64,000 nt of DNA. Source: Mytilus californianus. Taxonomy: Eukaryota. The stretch spans positions 1,302,001 to 1,366,000 of the forward strand of contig NW_026262675.1 of the NCBI RefSeq assembly GCF_021869535.1, read 5' to 3'. This document shows positions 23,345 through 34,700 of the stretch, piece by piece. The notes under the pieces are model-generated. The model did no database searches. It saw only the letters and a program-made list of their open reading frames with translations, and had not been told where the DNA came from. Numbering within the stretch: the first letter of the stretch is position 1; every line of letters begins with the position of its first letter. The translations under genes and the position numbers were made by a program.

Positions 23345-26300
23345 CTGAAATGAAATTTAATAAAATATGTAAGCAAGGCAAAACTTATACCTCCTAGTCT
23401 GTTATGTGTATATAAGTCTAATAGTGAAGAATATGCTTTAATATATAATTTTTACTGCTAGTAACTGATAAAATACGTTTTTTTTTCGGGTTACACTACT
23501 TACTCATAGGTTCATCAAAACGACGGTTGCATTCCAGCATGCAGCCACTACACTAGCTTATACCCTTTCCGTTTGTCTTCCAACAATTACTAGAGTCTAG
23601 GCATTTTTGTCCCCCGGGCGACGCGTTGCGGAGGAAATAGAAATACCGGCAATCCGTCCGGTCTTGTTGGCGCTCTCATGTGTACAATTCTTGCCAGATC
23701 TTTATAAAACTTATATCATAGGTTTATATCACCAATGTCTCGAACATGTTCGAAAATTGGTGCCGATCAATTATTTTTGAAAGAGTTATGTCCCTTTGAA
23801 ATGTTAATATATGAAAAAATTCATTGTTAGCGTTGTCATGTGTATAATTCTTGTCAGATTTTTATGCAACTTATATAATTGGTTTATATTACTAATGTCT
23901 CGGACAATTTCGAAATTTGGTGCCGATCAATTATTTTTAAAAGAGTTGTGCCCTTTGAAATATTAATTATATGAAAAAATTGCATTGTTAGCGCTATCAT
24001 GTGTACAATCTTTACCAGATTTTTATGAAACTAATATCATAGGTTTATATCAGCAATGTCTCGGACAAGTTCGAAAATCAGTGCCAATCAATTATTTTTA
24101 AAAGATTTGTGCCCCTTTGCAATATGAACTATACGGAAAATTGCATTGTTAGCGCTCTCATGTGTACAATTCTTTGCAGATTTTTAGGAAACTTATTACT
24201 AGTATATTATAGGTTTCTATCAGCAATGTCTCGGACAAGTTCGAAAATTGGCGCTGATCAATTATTTTTAAAAGAGTTATGCCCCCTGAAAATATTAAGT
24301 ATATTGGAAATTACATTGTATTTGCTCTCAAGCCTTTATTTCTATAAAGTATTTATGAGAAGTTTAAAAGAAAAAAAATTGTTATTGTCCTTGGATAGAT
24401 AAAATATGTGCAACGCGGGGACATTGGAACTCTGTTCATTTATAATTCCAATACATGAAGTGGTTAATGATACATATGGTATTGATGAATATTTGTATCC
24501 AACCAATAAATTCTTTGGCAATTTAACCCTTTCCGCACCCATTGTATAAAAAATTTAATCAATATGTGGTTGTCAATGATCTCAGAAGATGATTGGATGG
24601 GTCATAACTTTTATCAGCTCACTGGATGAATCAAAATGTGCTAATAGGTGTTAATAAAATTGACAACTTTGTGGAATGTGGAAGGCACCTCGAAGGGGAT
24701 TTTCGTTTATCAAAAATGAAAAATTATTTGATAATCATTAGAGAAACAGATTCTTACATAGTAACTCGTGGATTATCGGATTTATCCAATCTCGATAGTA
24801 AAACTATCAATTTTAAAGTCCTCGCCGAGGCTCGGACTTTAAAATTCGATGATTTAACTATCTCGATTGGATAAATCCGATAATCCACTGGTACCAATGT
24901 AAGAATCGAGAATCTATAGTTATTGTTTAAAAATTAGCTTAAATCTTGAAATAAACTGTTTATTTGTTTTTAAAAAATGATTACATTAGAGGCAACAATA
25001 GTTTACCGATGTTCAAATCGTATCTCTAGTGAGTAAATTAACTGAACAATATATAATCATAGAAGAGTTCTGGATTTATTTATACTGCCTTTAGAACTAT
25101 AAGTATACCAAATAGTGTTCATACCTTCAAAATCAATCACACCGTCTTTCTTAAGATCAGCTCCATCTATCATTAGTTTAATTTCATCCTCAGAACATTT
25201 TATCCCAAGACCAGAAAAGACTTTCTGAAGATTATCACATGTAATTAATCCAGTGTTATCAACATCAAACACGTTAAATGTCTCTAGAACAACATCATCC
25301 TCGTTTTCTCCATTGGTTAATACCTTGTCCTTCATCATTTCAACAAATTCGTCGATCTCAATTGTTCCATTTCCTACAAAATAACCGACCTACTTATATT
25401 TAATGTAGAAGAGCATGCCAGAATTTAATTTTGATACAGAGAGACAATTTTATTTGTTGTTCCTTATTTAACAAAAAAGATTCGAATTTGCAGTAATGCT
25501 TGTGTGAAATAACGAGCAACAAAAACGAACACTTATTAATTGCGCAGTTTATAAAGTGTAGTTTTGAAGTTAAAAAGTTAATGAAGAGTTTTTACTCATA
25601 TCTATTTATAAGGGTAAATATAGTCGGTTCAAAAACACACTACAAAACCTTCGTTTTAGTTTAGTTTAGTTCAAACTGCGTAGTCCCCCCACTGCAAAAT
25701 GTTATTTCTCAAAGAATGAAAGTGATGAAAATTAATCAAATCTCTCGGTCCTAAACAACAGACAAGTAAGTCGCTCATTTGAAATGATGTGAAATGCTTT
25801 TCACGTTTACTTTACAAAAATTAATGCGAGTTAGATTTTTAAAAGTACATTTTGTACTTCCGAATCGGTACAAATTCGCGTTTTTTTCTTCTCCAAATTA
25901 CCCTTTTATTTTCTGTGCAATGTGATCAGGTAAGCATTTAGCGTGATTATCGAGGTCGCATTTGTCTATTTGATAGTTTTTTTCTAACGCCAGTGTCAAA
26001 TTCAGGACGAGAACAAATTACCAATATGCTTTGTAAATCAGCATAGGGGACCGAAATGAAAGGTGACAATTTCAACTCATTGTTAAAGGCTATACAGTGA
26101 CCAATAATTGCTTATATCTCCGTCATTTGAACTTTGGTGGATAATTCTCTCATTTGCAATCATATCACATCATTATTTTTTATGCAGTTGCTTGGCACTA
26201 TGCTTTCACGCGTCATCTTCAATTTAACGTCCAAATTCCGACCGGACATAAATGCGTATTGAGTATTACTGACAGATTAGAAAAGTCCAGAGAGGGTCAT

Positions 26301-29300
26301 AATTCTACATCCAGGTGAATCTCTTGGTACCGATGTTTGAAGTTTACTGTCATTTTAGATCAAAGTAACACAAACAAAGTAGTAAAAAGGGTACAGTATA
26401 CCAAAGGGACAACGAAAAACCATAAATTAAACCATGAAGTAAACAGTATAATCATAAGAATTAAAGACGAACAAACAAACAATCCAATAAGATAACACAG
26501 ACAACAAAAGATTCAGCACCACCTACCCCTAAAAAACTTGAGATGAACTCAGGTGTTCCGAATGGTAAATAGTTTCTGCTCCATTAGTGACACCAGTCTT
26601 AATGCTTATTTTAAATTACAAATGTAAAAACATTTTGAGAGAGTCGCATTTGGTTATGTTATAAATTAGGAAAAGAAGATGGGGTGTGTCTACGACACGA
26701 TGTCATCTGATAATGTCATCTGATACAGATATTCCATAACAGTCAGCCAAATAACGATGCCACCCCAAAACGTGGCTTAAACTTTACTATTAAGGAGCCA
26801 AAGATTCAATTTATGTTGATTCAATAATGTAAATTAAGTTTAAATATAAAATAAAAAAACGAAGAAAATGTATTTGATATGAATAAAATATGTGGTTTAT
26901 GTCAACGAGACAACAACCGTTCGACAAAAATAGCCAAAAATGAGGCGGGCAAATGATATCTAGAATGTTTTAGCAAAATTATTATTTATAGATATTTGGT
27001 TATATACTAATCAGCAGCATTATATTTTCATGTGTATATTTATAGTCCACAAACCGTCTTCATCAACTTCATTTATCATATCCTGAAGTTCGGCCTCAGT
27101 TGGATTCTGTCCAAGTTGCCTTAAAACTGTGCCTAGTTCTTTTGAAGTAATAGTGCCTGAATCATCGTCATCAAACAGTTTGAAAGCTTGTTTGAAATCT
27201 AAATAGTAATACAGACATAATCGAAATTAAATAAGGGTAAGTTACTGCAAGCTTCTGTTTTGTATTTAAATAGATTAAAACATAATGTAGATCTACCGTA
27301 AACATGTTCATTGCGGAACTTTTCTCAAAGTGGATGTGTTAAACGATTGGCACGACTGTATAAAATAGTTTACTCGTTAAACAATTAACAAACATTTGCA
27401 GACATTAACAGTCATCAGATATTGTCTTGTTTTAAGTGCATGAAATATTTCTAAATAGATAATATTCAAGAAATCAACAATCAACCAATATTTTCATATC
27501 CTGAAATTCGGCCTCCGTTTGAGTTGCCTTAAAACTGTACCTTGTTCTTTTAATCGATTGCAGGCGCGGATCCAGGATTTCATTTGGGGGGCGCTCCTCA
27601 GAATTAGGACCATATTTTGAAAAACAAATTGACTGTAATTTTACCTATAAATAACTTTTTTTTTCTTTTTTTAAGGGTAGCGGGTGCGCCTCAGTCTGAA
27701 TCAGAGCCTGGATTGGTTATTAATTCATTGTTTTATAATTGTGTGATGAACCCCCAGTGTCAAATAGTTAATGAATACACAGAACAAGAATTACAAAATT
27801 GACAAAACTATAAAAAGTAAGGATCTGTAATGTGGGTCGATCGCAATAAAGGGCGATGCAACTTAAGACTGCCTCTTAAAAAAGGTGGAATATTGCATTT
27901 GATAGATGCAGAACATTTGCCTTGCAATAGGCCAACTGCGAACCCTCATAGAGTTGATGCAATGGTTCTTTCCAAATGTACGTGGCACTCTACGTACACG
28001 AGGCATCTGATTTAGCGTCCCCGTTCCGAACGAATGTGCCTGCTGGTTTACAAATCCCGCACAGACACACAGACGCCCTTCTTTGGCATGGATTTTAATG
28101 CCATATCGGACCATGTCTCTATACCCCAGTCAATCAATGGGGTTAAATGTGTTTGAAGAAAAGTTTTACCTGCTAAAATGTCTGGTGGTATCTCAATTTC
28201 TTTTGGTGTTTCCGGTGTTTGCCGACGAGACGCTCTGCTTGTGCTTGCCTGAAATTATCCATTCTATGAAAAATTTAAACTAAAACTGAACTACAACCTT
28301 TATTTTCAAGGTGATATAAATAAAACGAATTTACGTTTATCCATTATATACCATAAAAGTCAAATTTGAAAGAATTGCGAGCTGGCCTTCCTCCTCCAAT
28401 TTATATAAATGTTACAAAATACATTTTCTAAGCCCCATTCCTACTTCTGATTAAAGTGAGATACAACAATAAAAAGGTCCACAAAACCATAAAGCATCGT
28501 AGATGACAATGAAACTAATACTAGTATGTGGTTTAGGAGAGTTGACGATATAAATACACACACTCTCTTTTGTATATACATATAAGTACATATAAAAATA
28601 AGGTGATGTGGTATGATTGTCAATGATACAACTATATATCAGATACCAAGAATAGAAGATGTATACAACTGTTTACTGTCATAATCCCGCTGAAAATCAA
28701 AATTCAAACCAAAGATGCACTACGAATTTATCTTAAAGAATCTGTAAGAGTTTAATTTTAAAATCAAATCAAGGGTAAGTACAGAAGAATTTGCAGACAC
28801 AAATTCATATTCCTTTCGAAGATATGGCAAAGTACAGATTTCTTTTTAGAATTAACATATTTGGATAAAAATAGTAAGTCCTTTAAAACATATCTAAAAA
28901 ATCCAGGTAAAAGTTACATTCCGTGGTTTAGAAGAGCACATATCTAAATGTTTGCCTATCTTTTTAACTTAAAGCAAATTCATTATATTCAGTATATTGC
29001 GATTGAACCCCTCCCCCCCCAAAAAAAAACAACGTAGAAAAAAATCCGATTTCAATGTCATTAGTTATAATAGATTCTCTGATAGATTATTTACATCAAT
29101 TGTTCAGAAAGATATAATATGCAGACGTAAGAGGTGTTTAACAAAGTAAAGAAGGTTGTCTATTCCAATCTCCATAAAACAATTACCAGATAAACACGAT
29201 TGGGAACTATCATGGCTTTAAATATAAAAGCTAAAACCCAAATTAACGGTTTAGAATTGATTCCCTCTCTCTGTTTCACTCTCTGTTTCACTTTTGGAAA

Positions 29301-29359
29301 AATACATCTCTATTCGTCGAAAAAGAAAATAATGAATTGTAAATTAAAATACTTACCAT
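23310..29359 (-). CDS. Calmodulin/centrin-like gene B (169 aa, basic N-terminal extension), spliced
   Basis: Exons 29357-29359 (ATG|gtaagt), 28170-28248, 27055-27198 (144 nt), 25125-25373, 23310-23344. Product: [169 protein letters not shown]. Confidence 0.88.
23604..24330 (+). mobile_element. HINE-like element with about four 161-bp internal tandem repeats
   Basis: Unit starts at 23670, 23830, 23991, 24152; 5' hairpin-like ttttgtcccccgggcgacgcgttgcgg. Confidence 0.7.
24768..24888. repeat. 121-bp fold-back palindrome
   Basis: 23-bp perfect outer arms gtggattatcggatttatccaat and 13-bp inner arms aattttaaagtcc. Confidence 0.85.
25125..25373 (-). CDS. Gene B exon 4
   Basis: Acceptor tttgtag, [10 protein letters not shown]...GVIDFE, donor gtatga, 249 nt. 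Confidence 0.92.
27055..27198 (-). CDS. Gene B exon 3 (EF1)
   Basis: Acceptor tatttag, [48 protein letters not shown], donor gtttgt, 144 nt. Confidence 0.93.
27494..27551 (-). pseudogene. Degenerate partial copy of gene B exon 3
   Basis: aaaagaacaaggtacagttttaaggcaactc-aaacggaggccgaatttcaggatatga versus exon AAAAGAACTAGGCACAGTTTTAAGGCAACTTGGACAGAATCCAACTGAGGCCGAACTTCAGGATATGA. Confidence 0.8.
27561..27710. mobile_element. Short MITE with CAG...CTG ends and 5-bp TSD (GATTG)
   Basis: caggcgcggatcc...gaatcagagcctg flanked by gattg at 27556-27560 and 27711-27715. Confidence 0.65.
27830..28130 (+). mobile_element. SINE-like element with a Nin-domain-like core
   Basis: ggttctttc...tacacgaggcatctgatttagcgtc...ccgaacga resembles the conserved Nin-SINE central domain; recognised from memory, not aligned. 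Confidence 0.4.
28170..28248 (-). CDS. Gene B exon 2 (N-terminal extension)
   Basis: Acceptor tttcag, [26 protein letters not shown](D), donor gtaaaa; phase 0 in, phase 1 out, open frame. Confidence 0.75.
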
Positions 29360-29767
29360 TATTCCTTCAGGATTACGACGACAGTGACATCCATTTATTG
29401 TGTGTTTGAAGGCCGAAATCCATTCTTGTGAATTAACATATTTAATAGATAACAATTTAAATTTAAACATTCTTTTATTTGAATTAATATTCTTTACAAA
29501 ACAATAACCGTACATTTTGAATAATTTAAACCAGACATCAGATAAATAATGAAATAAATCAAGACAACCCATTGTGTTATTTCTGAACTGACTATAGCCT
29601 TTATTACGTATATGGAGCTTAAAGATCGCACTTCGTTGGTAATATTACCTTATATAGAATCCTGGGTTTTGATTGGGTATAGCTGGTGTATTTTTTCATG
29701 TATTTCATTTAGTAAGATTAAAATTGTTCATATTTCATTATCACCGCTATATATTCACAAGGATCTG

Positions 29768-30854
29768 TTTTTATCTCACCTTTCCACAGGAAATGTGAGC
29801 TTTTGCCATCACTTGGCGTCCGTCGTCGTCTGTCGTCGTCCGTTGTCGTCCGTCCGGTGTAAACTATTTCAAACATCTTCTTCTCTGAAACTACTGAACC
29901 AATTCCAACCAAAATTAAGCTGAATGATCCTTACGTTATTTGGATAAAGTTTGTGTTTTATTTTCTGTTTCGTCAAAAAACATGGCCGCCATGGCTGAAA
30001 ATTGAACATAGGGGCCAACTGTAGTTTTTGGCTTATATCTCAAAAACTAAAGCATTTAGAGCAAATCTGACATGATGTAAAATGTTAATTTTGTCAAGTT
30101 CTATCAGCCCTGAAATTTTCAGATGAATCTAACAACCCATTTTTGGGTTGCTGCCACTAAATTGGTAATTTTAAGGAAATTTTGCAGTTTTTTGTTATTA
30201 TCTTGAATATTGTTATAGATAAAGATAAACTGTAAACAGCAAAAATGTTCAGCAAAGTAAGATCTACAAATAAGTATTTATATGACCAAAATTGTTAATT
30301 GACCCCTTAAGGAGTTATTGCCCTTTAAGGACAATTTTACACAATTTGTTTATCATGTTTTCTAACTTTACAAAATCTTCTCCTCTGAAACTACTGAACC
30401 AAATGAAACCAAACTTAAGCTGAATGATTCTTAGATTATCAAGAATAAAGTTTTTATATGACCAAAATGGTCACTTGACCCCTTAAGGAGTTATTGTCCT
30501 TTAAAGACAATTTTTCACAACTTGTTAATCTAGTTTGCTTACCTTAAAAAATGTCTCCTTTGAAACTGCTGAATCAATTTCAGCCAAACTTGGGATGAAA
30601 AAGTTTCAGAGTACTAGTATAAAGTTTTTATTTTATTTCCTTTTACCTCAAGAAACATAGTCACTATGGCTAAAATGGAACATAGGGGTAAAATGTATTT
30701 TTTTGCTTTTGAAGAAAAATGACAGATACAAAGAACATTTAAATGTCATTTTTAAGCCACCCATTAATATATATTGAAAAGCAAAAATAATCATTGATGA
30801 AAGACTTAAGCAAAACATTATAGGTGAGCGATTCAGGCTCTTGAGAGCCTCTTG
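29768..30854 (+). mobile_element. Helentron/HINE-type element, copy 1
   Basis: T-rich end, subTIR tctcacct / aggtgagcg, (gtc)n microsatellite, 3' stem-loop ggctcttgagagcc; paralogous to 39896-41279. Confidence 0.75.
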
Positions 30855-31662
30855 CTTGGATTATGATAAACTTCATCAGATACGATCGGGACTACACGTT
30901 TGGAAAGCCCAAATTTTGATGAGTTTTTGAAGGCATAAAAACCAAAAGAGTCTAAACAAAACATAACATGTATTGCTAAGTTTGCATTTAGTTCGATGTA
31001 GTGTACGCTTTACCTTGCTACATGTATTGTCAATTAGGAACCGTTTGGGTGTGCGAGGTGTAAATAAGTAGTCACCTGAGTCTGATTGGTGACGTTAAAT
31101 TAAATACACATGATGAAGTTTTTCGGGTTGTGACGAACATACACGCTTGCAGCTTCTCTTGGTGATGGGCATACGTTGAGTATGCGGGATGTATGGAAAC
31201 GGGGAATGTTCAAACAAAGAAACAAAATCCCGACCAAAGAGCAAAAACAGCCCAAAGCCACCAATGGGTCTTCACCGCAGCGACAAAATCCCGCCTGCGG
31301 AGGCTGGCTTCATGTGGTCCCTAAACAATAATGTATACTAGTTCAGCGAAATGGACACCACACTAAACTCCAAAACAAACAAATGAACCAAAATTAAAAA
31401 AACACACAAGACATATATTTTGCCCACTGTAAAGCCCTATTCAACACTCCAGAAAACGCCCATATCATCAATAAAAATAAGTCCACACGTCAGTTTTATT
31501 GTGCAACATATGATTAACAATGGTTTATGTTTTTTAAAACATTATTGTCATAATAAATTTACCCCAAATATAACTAATCTTTAGACTCATCGGATATATA
31601 AGCAAACACAAATATTGTTGAATAAATAATACTAATCAGCTCCAGCAAACATTGAATACTTC

Positions 31663-31703
31663 TTAGCTGTCATTGTCATCGTCTTTTAGCATGGTCTCAA
31701 ATT
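31663..31703 (-). CDS. Gene C terminal exon (EFETMLKDDDNDS*)
   Basis: Acceptor ttttttatttcag; shares EFETM with gene B's last exon. Confidence 0.82.
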
Positions 31704-34700
31704 CTGAAATAAAAAACAGCTTCATTATAAGTAATGAAACAGTTATCTAAATGATTTTATGTACAATTATATGTTAATTTGTAAACTTATCTTAACTTAT
31801 ATCCACTTCATTTGAACTTTGGTGGATAGTTGTCTCATTGGCAATCATACTACATCTCCTTTTTTTATATTATATTATGTGCTCTATTTGTACATTTGAT
31901 AAAATTATATCCGTTTTCGACATTGATAACATATAAACTCAATCATGGACAGAACTTATTGTGTTCTATTTGTTCAAAAAGAAACTGGTCAAAGGTACAA
32001 TCATAAACATTATAATCACATTTACCAAAAATTACATTCACAAACAAGAAAACAAAGTTTCAGTATAGAAAATTAGGATCCCAAAACTTCGAGCTTAAAA
32101 GAATAAAACATCAAAATTACATATCAACACGACGACTGACTTATAGAATGAATAAAAGAAAGAAACGCACTGGTCACACGTAGCAAGTTGGTTCCCTTTC
32201 CTCATACTATCAGGAAGTTTTTAACAAAAGACCTTTTAGCTCGAAATAGTGTGCGTATTATATGTCTTTTTGCCTATCTTGTTTTTTTTTAATGTTTAGG
32301 TGATATAACCTTTAAACTTGGTGGTTCTGTATTTGATCAGTTCTCAGTTTTTTATTTAATTCTTCTGTTTTCGCTTGGTCTCAATTATTTGAAGAAAAAA
32401 AACATTTTAGTTAATTAAACATTATTTCATTTTTATTCCATATGGGAGCTATACTGTTTACTCAAAGCTTTTTCCTAGCTTTATATCATGTTAAATATGA
32501 GTAGTTGCATGAAGACTATAGACAATGAAAACAAAATCTTCCTCTAATTTTTTAATAATTATACGCGAATGTCAACAACAAAAACAAAGATTTTTTTCAT
32601 TGTAATGGACAACTTGACAAAAGATGGATTATATGTGCACAATTCTTTCTACTGTTCCGAAGTTTTGGAAGGATGGATGGCTTTCTGGTTAACGTCCATT
32701 GGCAAATTAAATGCATATTCAGGAGGAGAACATATGATTCATAATGATGAAATGTTTGTAGAGATTCTCAGGAAGAAAGAAAAGACGTTCGCATTATCCT
32801 TTAGCTTCACTTTCCGCTATATAGATGATGTTCTCTCACTAAATAATTCAAAGTTTTTTTACTATGTTGAACGCATCTATCCCATCAAATTTGAGATAAA
32901 GGATACTACAGATACAGTTAATTCTGTCTCATATCTTGACTTATATCTAGAAATTGACAATGAGGGTTGGTTGAAGACAAAACTTTACGACAAAAGAGAG
33001 GATTTCAGCTTTCCAATTGTGAACTTTCGATTTCTATGTAGCAACATTCCAGTTTATTTTCGACTGAGCTTGGATGCCCTTTTTGGTATCTTTCGCCTCC
33101 CTTTAGTAGACCTTATGATATTAGGGAAACATTTATTGGCTGTGTATATTTTTTACATTGTTGATTAAAGACATTAGGAAATAAACGCTAAGAACCTTCC
33201 AGACTGAAGCTTACCTTCAAAACCTACTCTGTGGTCTAAATCTGCACCCAGCACCATTTGGTACAATTCACTTGGTTTGACATCTAAACTTAAACATTCC
33301 ATGGCGTCTTGTAGGTCAGAAATCGTAATGAAGCCGTCGCAATCTTTGTCGAAGTAGTTAAATGTTTCCCGTAGCTCCTGTCTGTCCTCACTTAAATCCG
33401 ATTCCGCAAAATCTTCGTGTTTCAGCATTTTTATCACGTCAACGAAAGAACACTTTCCGCTGACTGAAATAGTTCAGATGTTTTAATGAATTTGTTATAT
33501 TGAGTTAATATAAGACATTTGATGGTAATGTTAAATTTCTTCATGTTATTCCAACTTAATCATTTTAAAGCGTTAACCATTCAAAACACCCTTTTCTGGC
33601 TATGATATTTCTCCAGTTTTAAAAACTCGCAGATTTTAAAGTTTCTGAAATAAAAATTGTACTTCCAAATTCCTACTTATATGCGATTACCAACGGCAAC
33701 TTAAGACTAAATTTTTAATCAATCTTAAACTGGGCTACAAGCATTTCTGTGATTAGACTTCGCGTACGCGTGTGTCAAGCCTTGTGTTGTTCATTTGAAG
33801 TTAACCAACATATAAATGTAGGGTATATATAGTTTGTTAGTTATAACGATTGTCATACATTTTATGATGACAAACACGTAAGGTAAAAGCGGTAATTTTT
33901 AATAAATGTCTTATCTTGGTGTTTTATCTTAGTGTTTTATCTTGAACACAGTCTTTGTTGGTGATAAAAAAAACAATAATCATATGAACATGTATTTTAA
34001 AATATGAAAAATAAAAAAGCAGCTTTAACATCAAACTTGCTGAACATCTTACCTTTAGCATTATACACACTTTCGTTTTCTGACCGAAAGTTTAAATCCT
34101 ACACTAGACCCGCTAACATTTTGAATTAGACCTGCATAAATTACCAGTTTCTCAGACACATGGAGTTGTAATAAATGGACAATTTATAATGTATCTTGTG
34201 TCATTGGTTAAAAACACGCTAAAGATTACATACTATACAAGTATTGTTTTACTCACTACCAGAATTCTTCATCAACATGCCGATTTCCGCTTCCGTTGTA
34301 CTAAAACCTAGCTGATTTATAACTATCTTCAAGTCTTTTGTTGACATTGTCTCTTCTGTTTCTGTTGTTTCAGGTATGCTGTTTGTTTTTAACAGTTGTG
34401 AAATATAACTGTCTGGCTTGATATCTTTTGATGATGTCGATGCATTTGCACAGAGTTCGAAAACCTGTCTGTATACTAAAAGAGAGAAAAAAAACTGAAT
34501 ATTTCAATTTCTTTCACCTCATTAACTTAGCTTCTTTTTTTGTTTTGATCTTTCCATACATCATAGTTGATAAGCAATAATACTTAAGAAAGCGATTGTA
34601 AAGATTTGTGGTACTCTATTTACTCAGAGAGTCTCATCTCTCTATTATCAGCTTGATCAGTTAATTGTATAAAAAGGCAGTGAAAAACCCTGGAAATGTT

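Noticed and set aside
32569-33168. 199-aa ORF as a host gene
   Set aside because: Only the middle is a Penelope-like RT fragment; the flanks are unrelated sequence read through by chance.
34520-34660. Nearby candidate first exons for gene C (MERSKQKKKL; MRLSE)
   Set aside because: Wrong phase, or the implied intron is only about 50 nt with a weak donor; exon 39705-39795 fits better.
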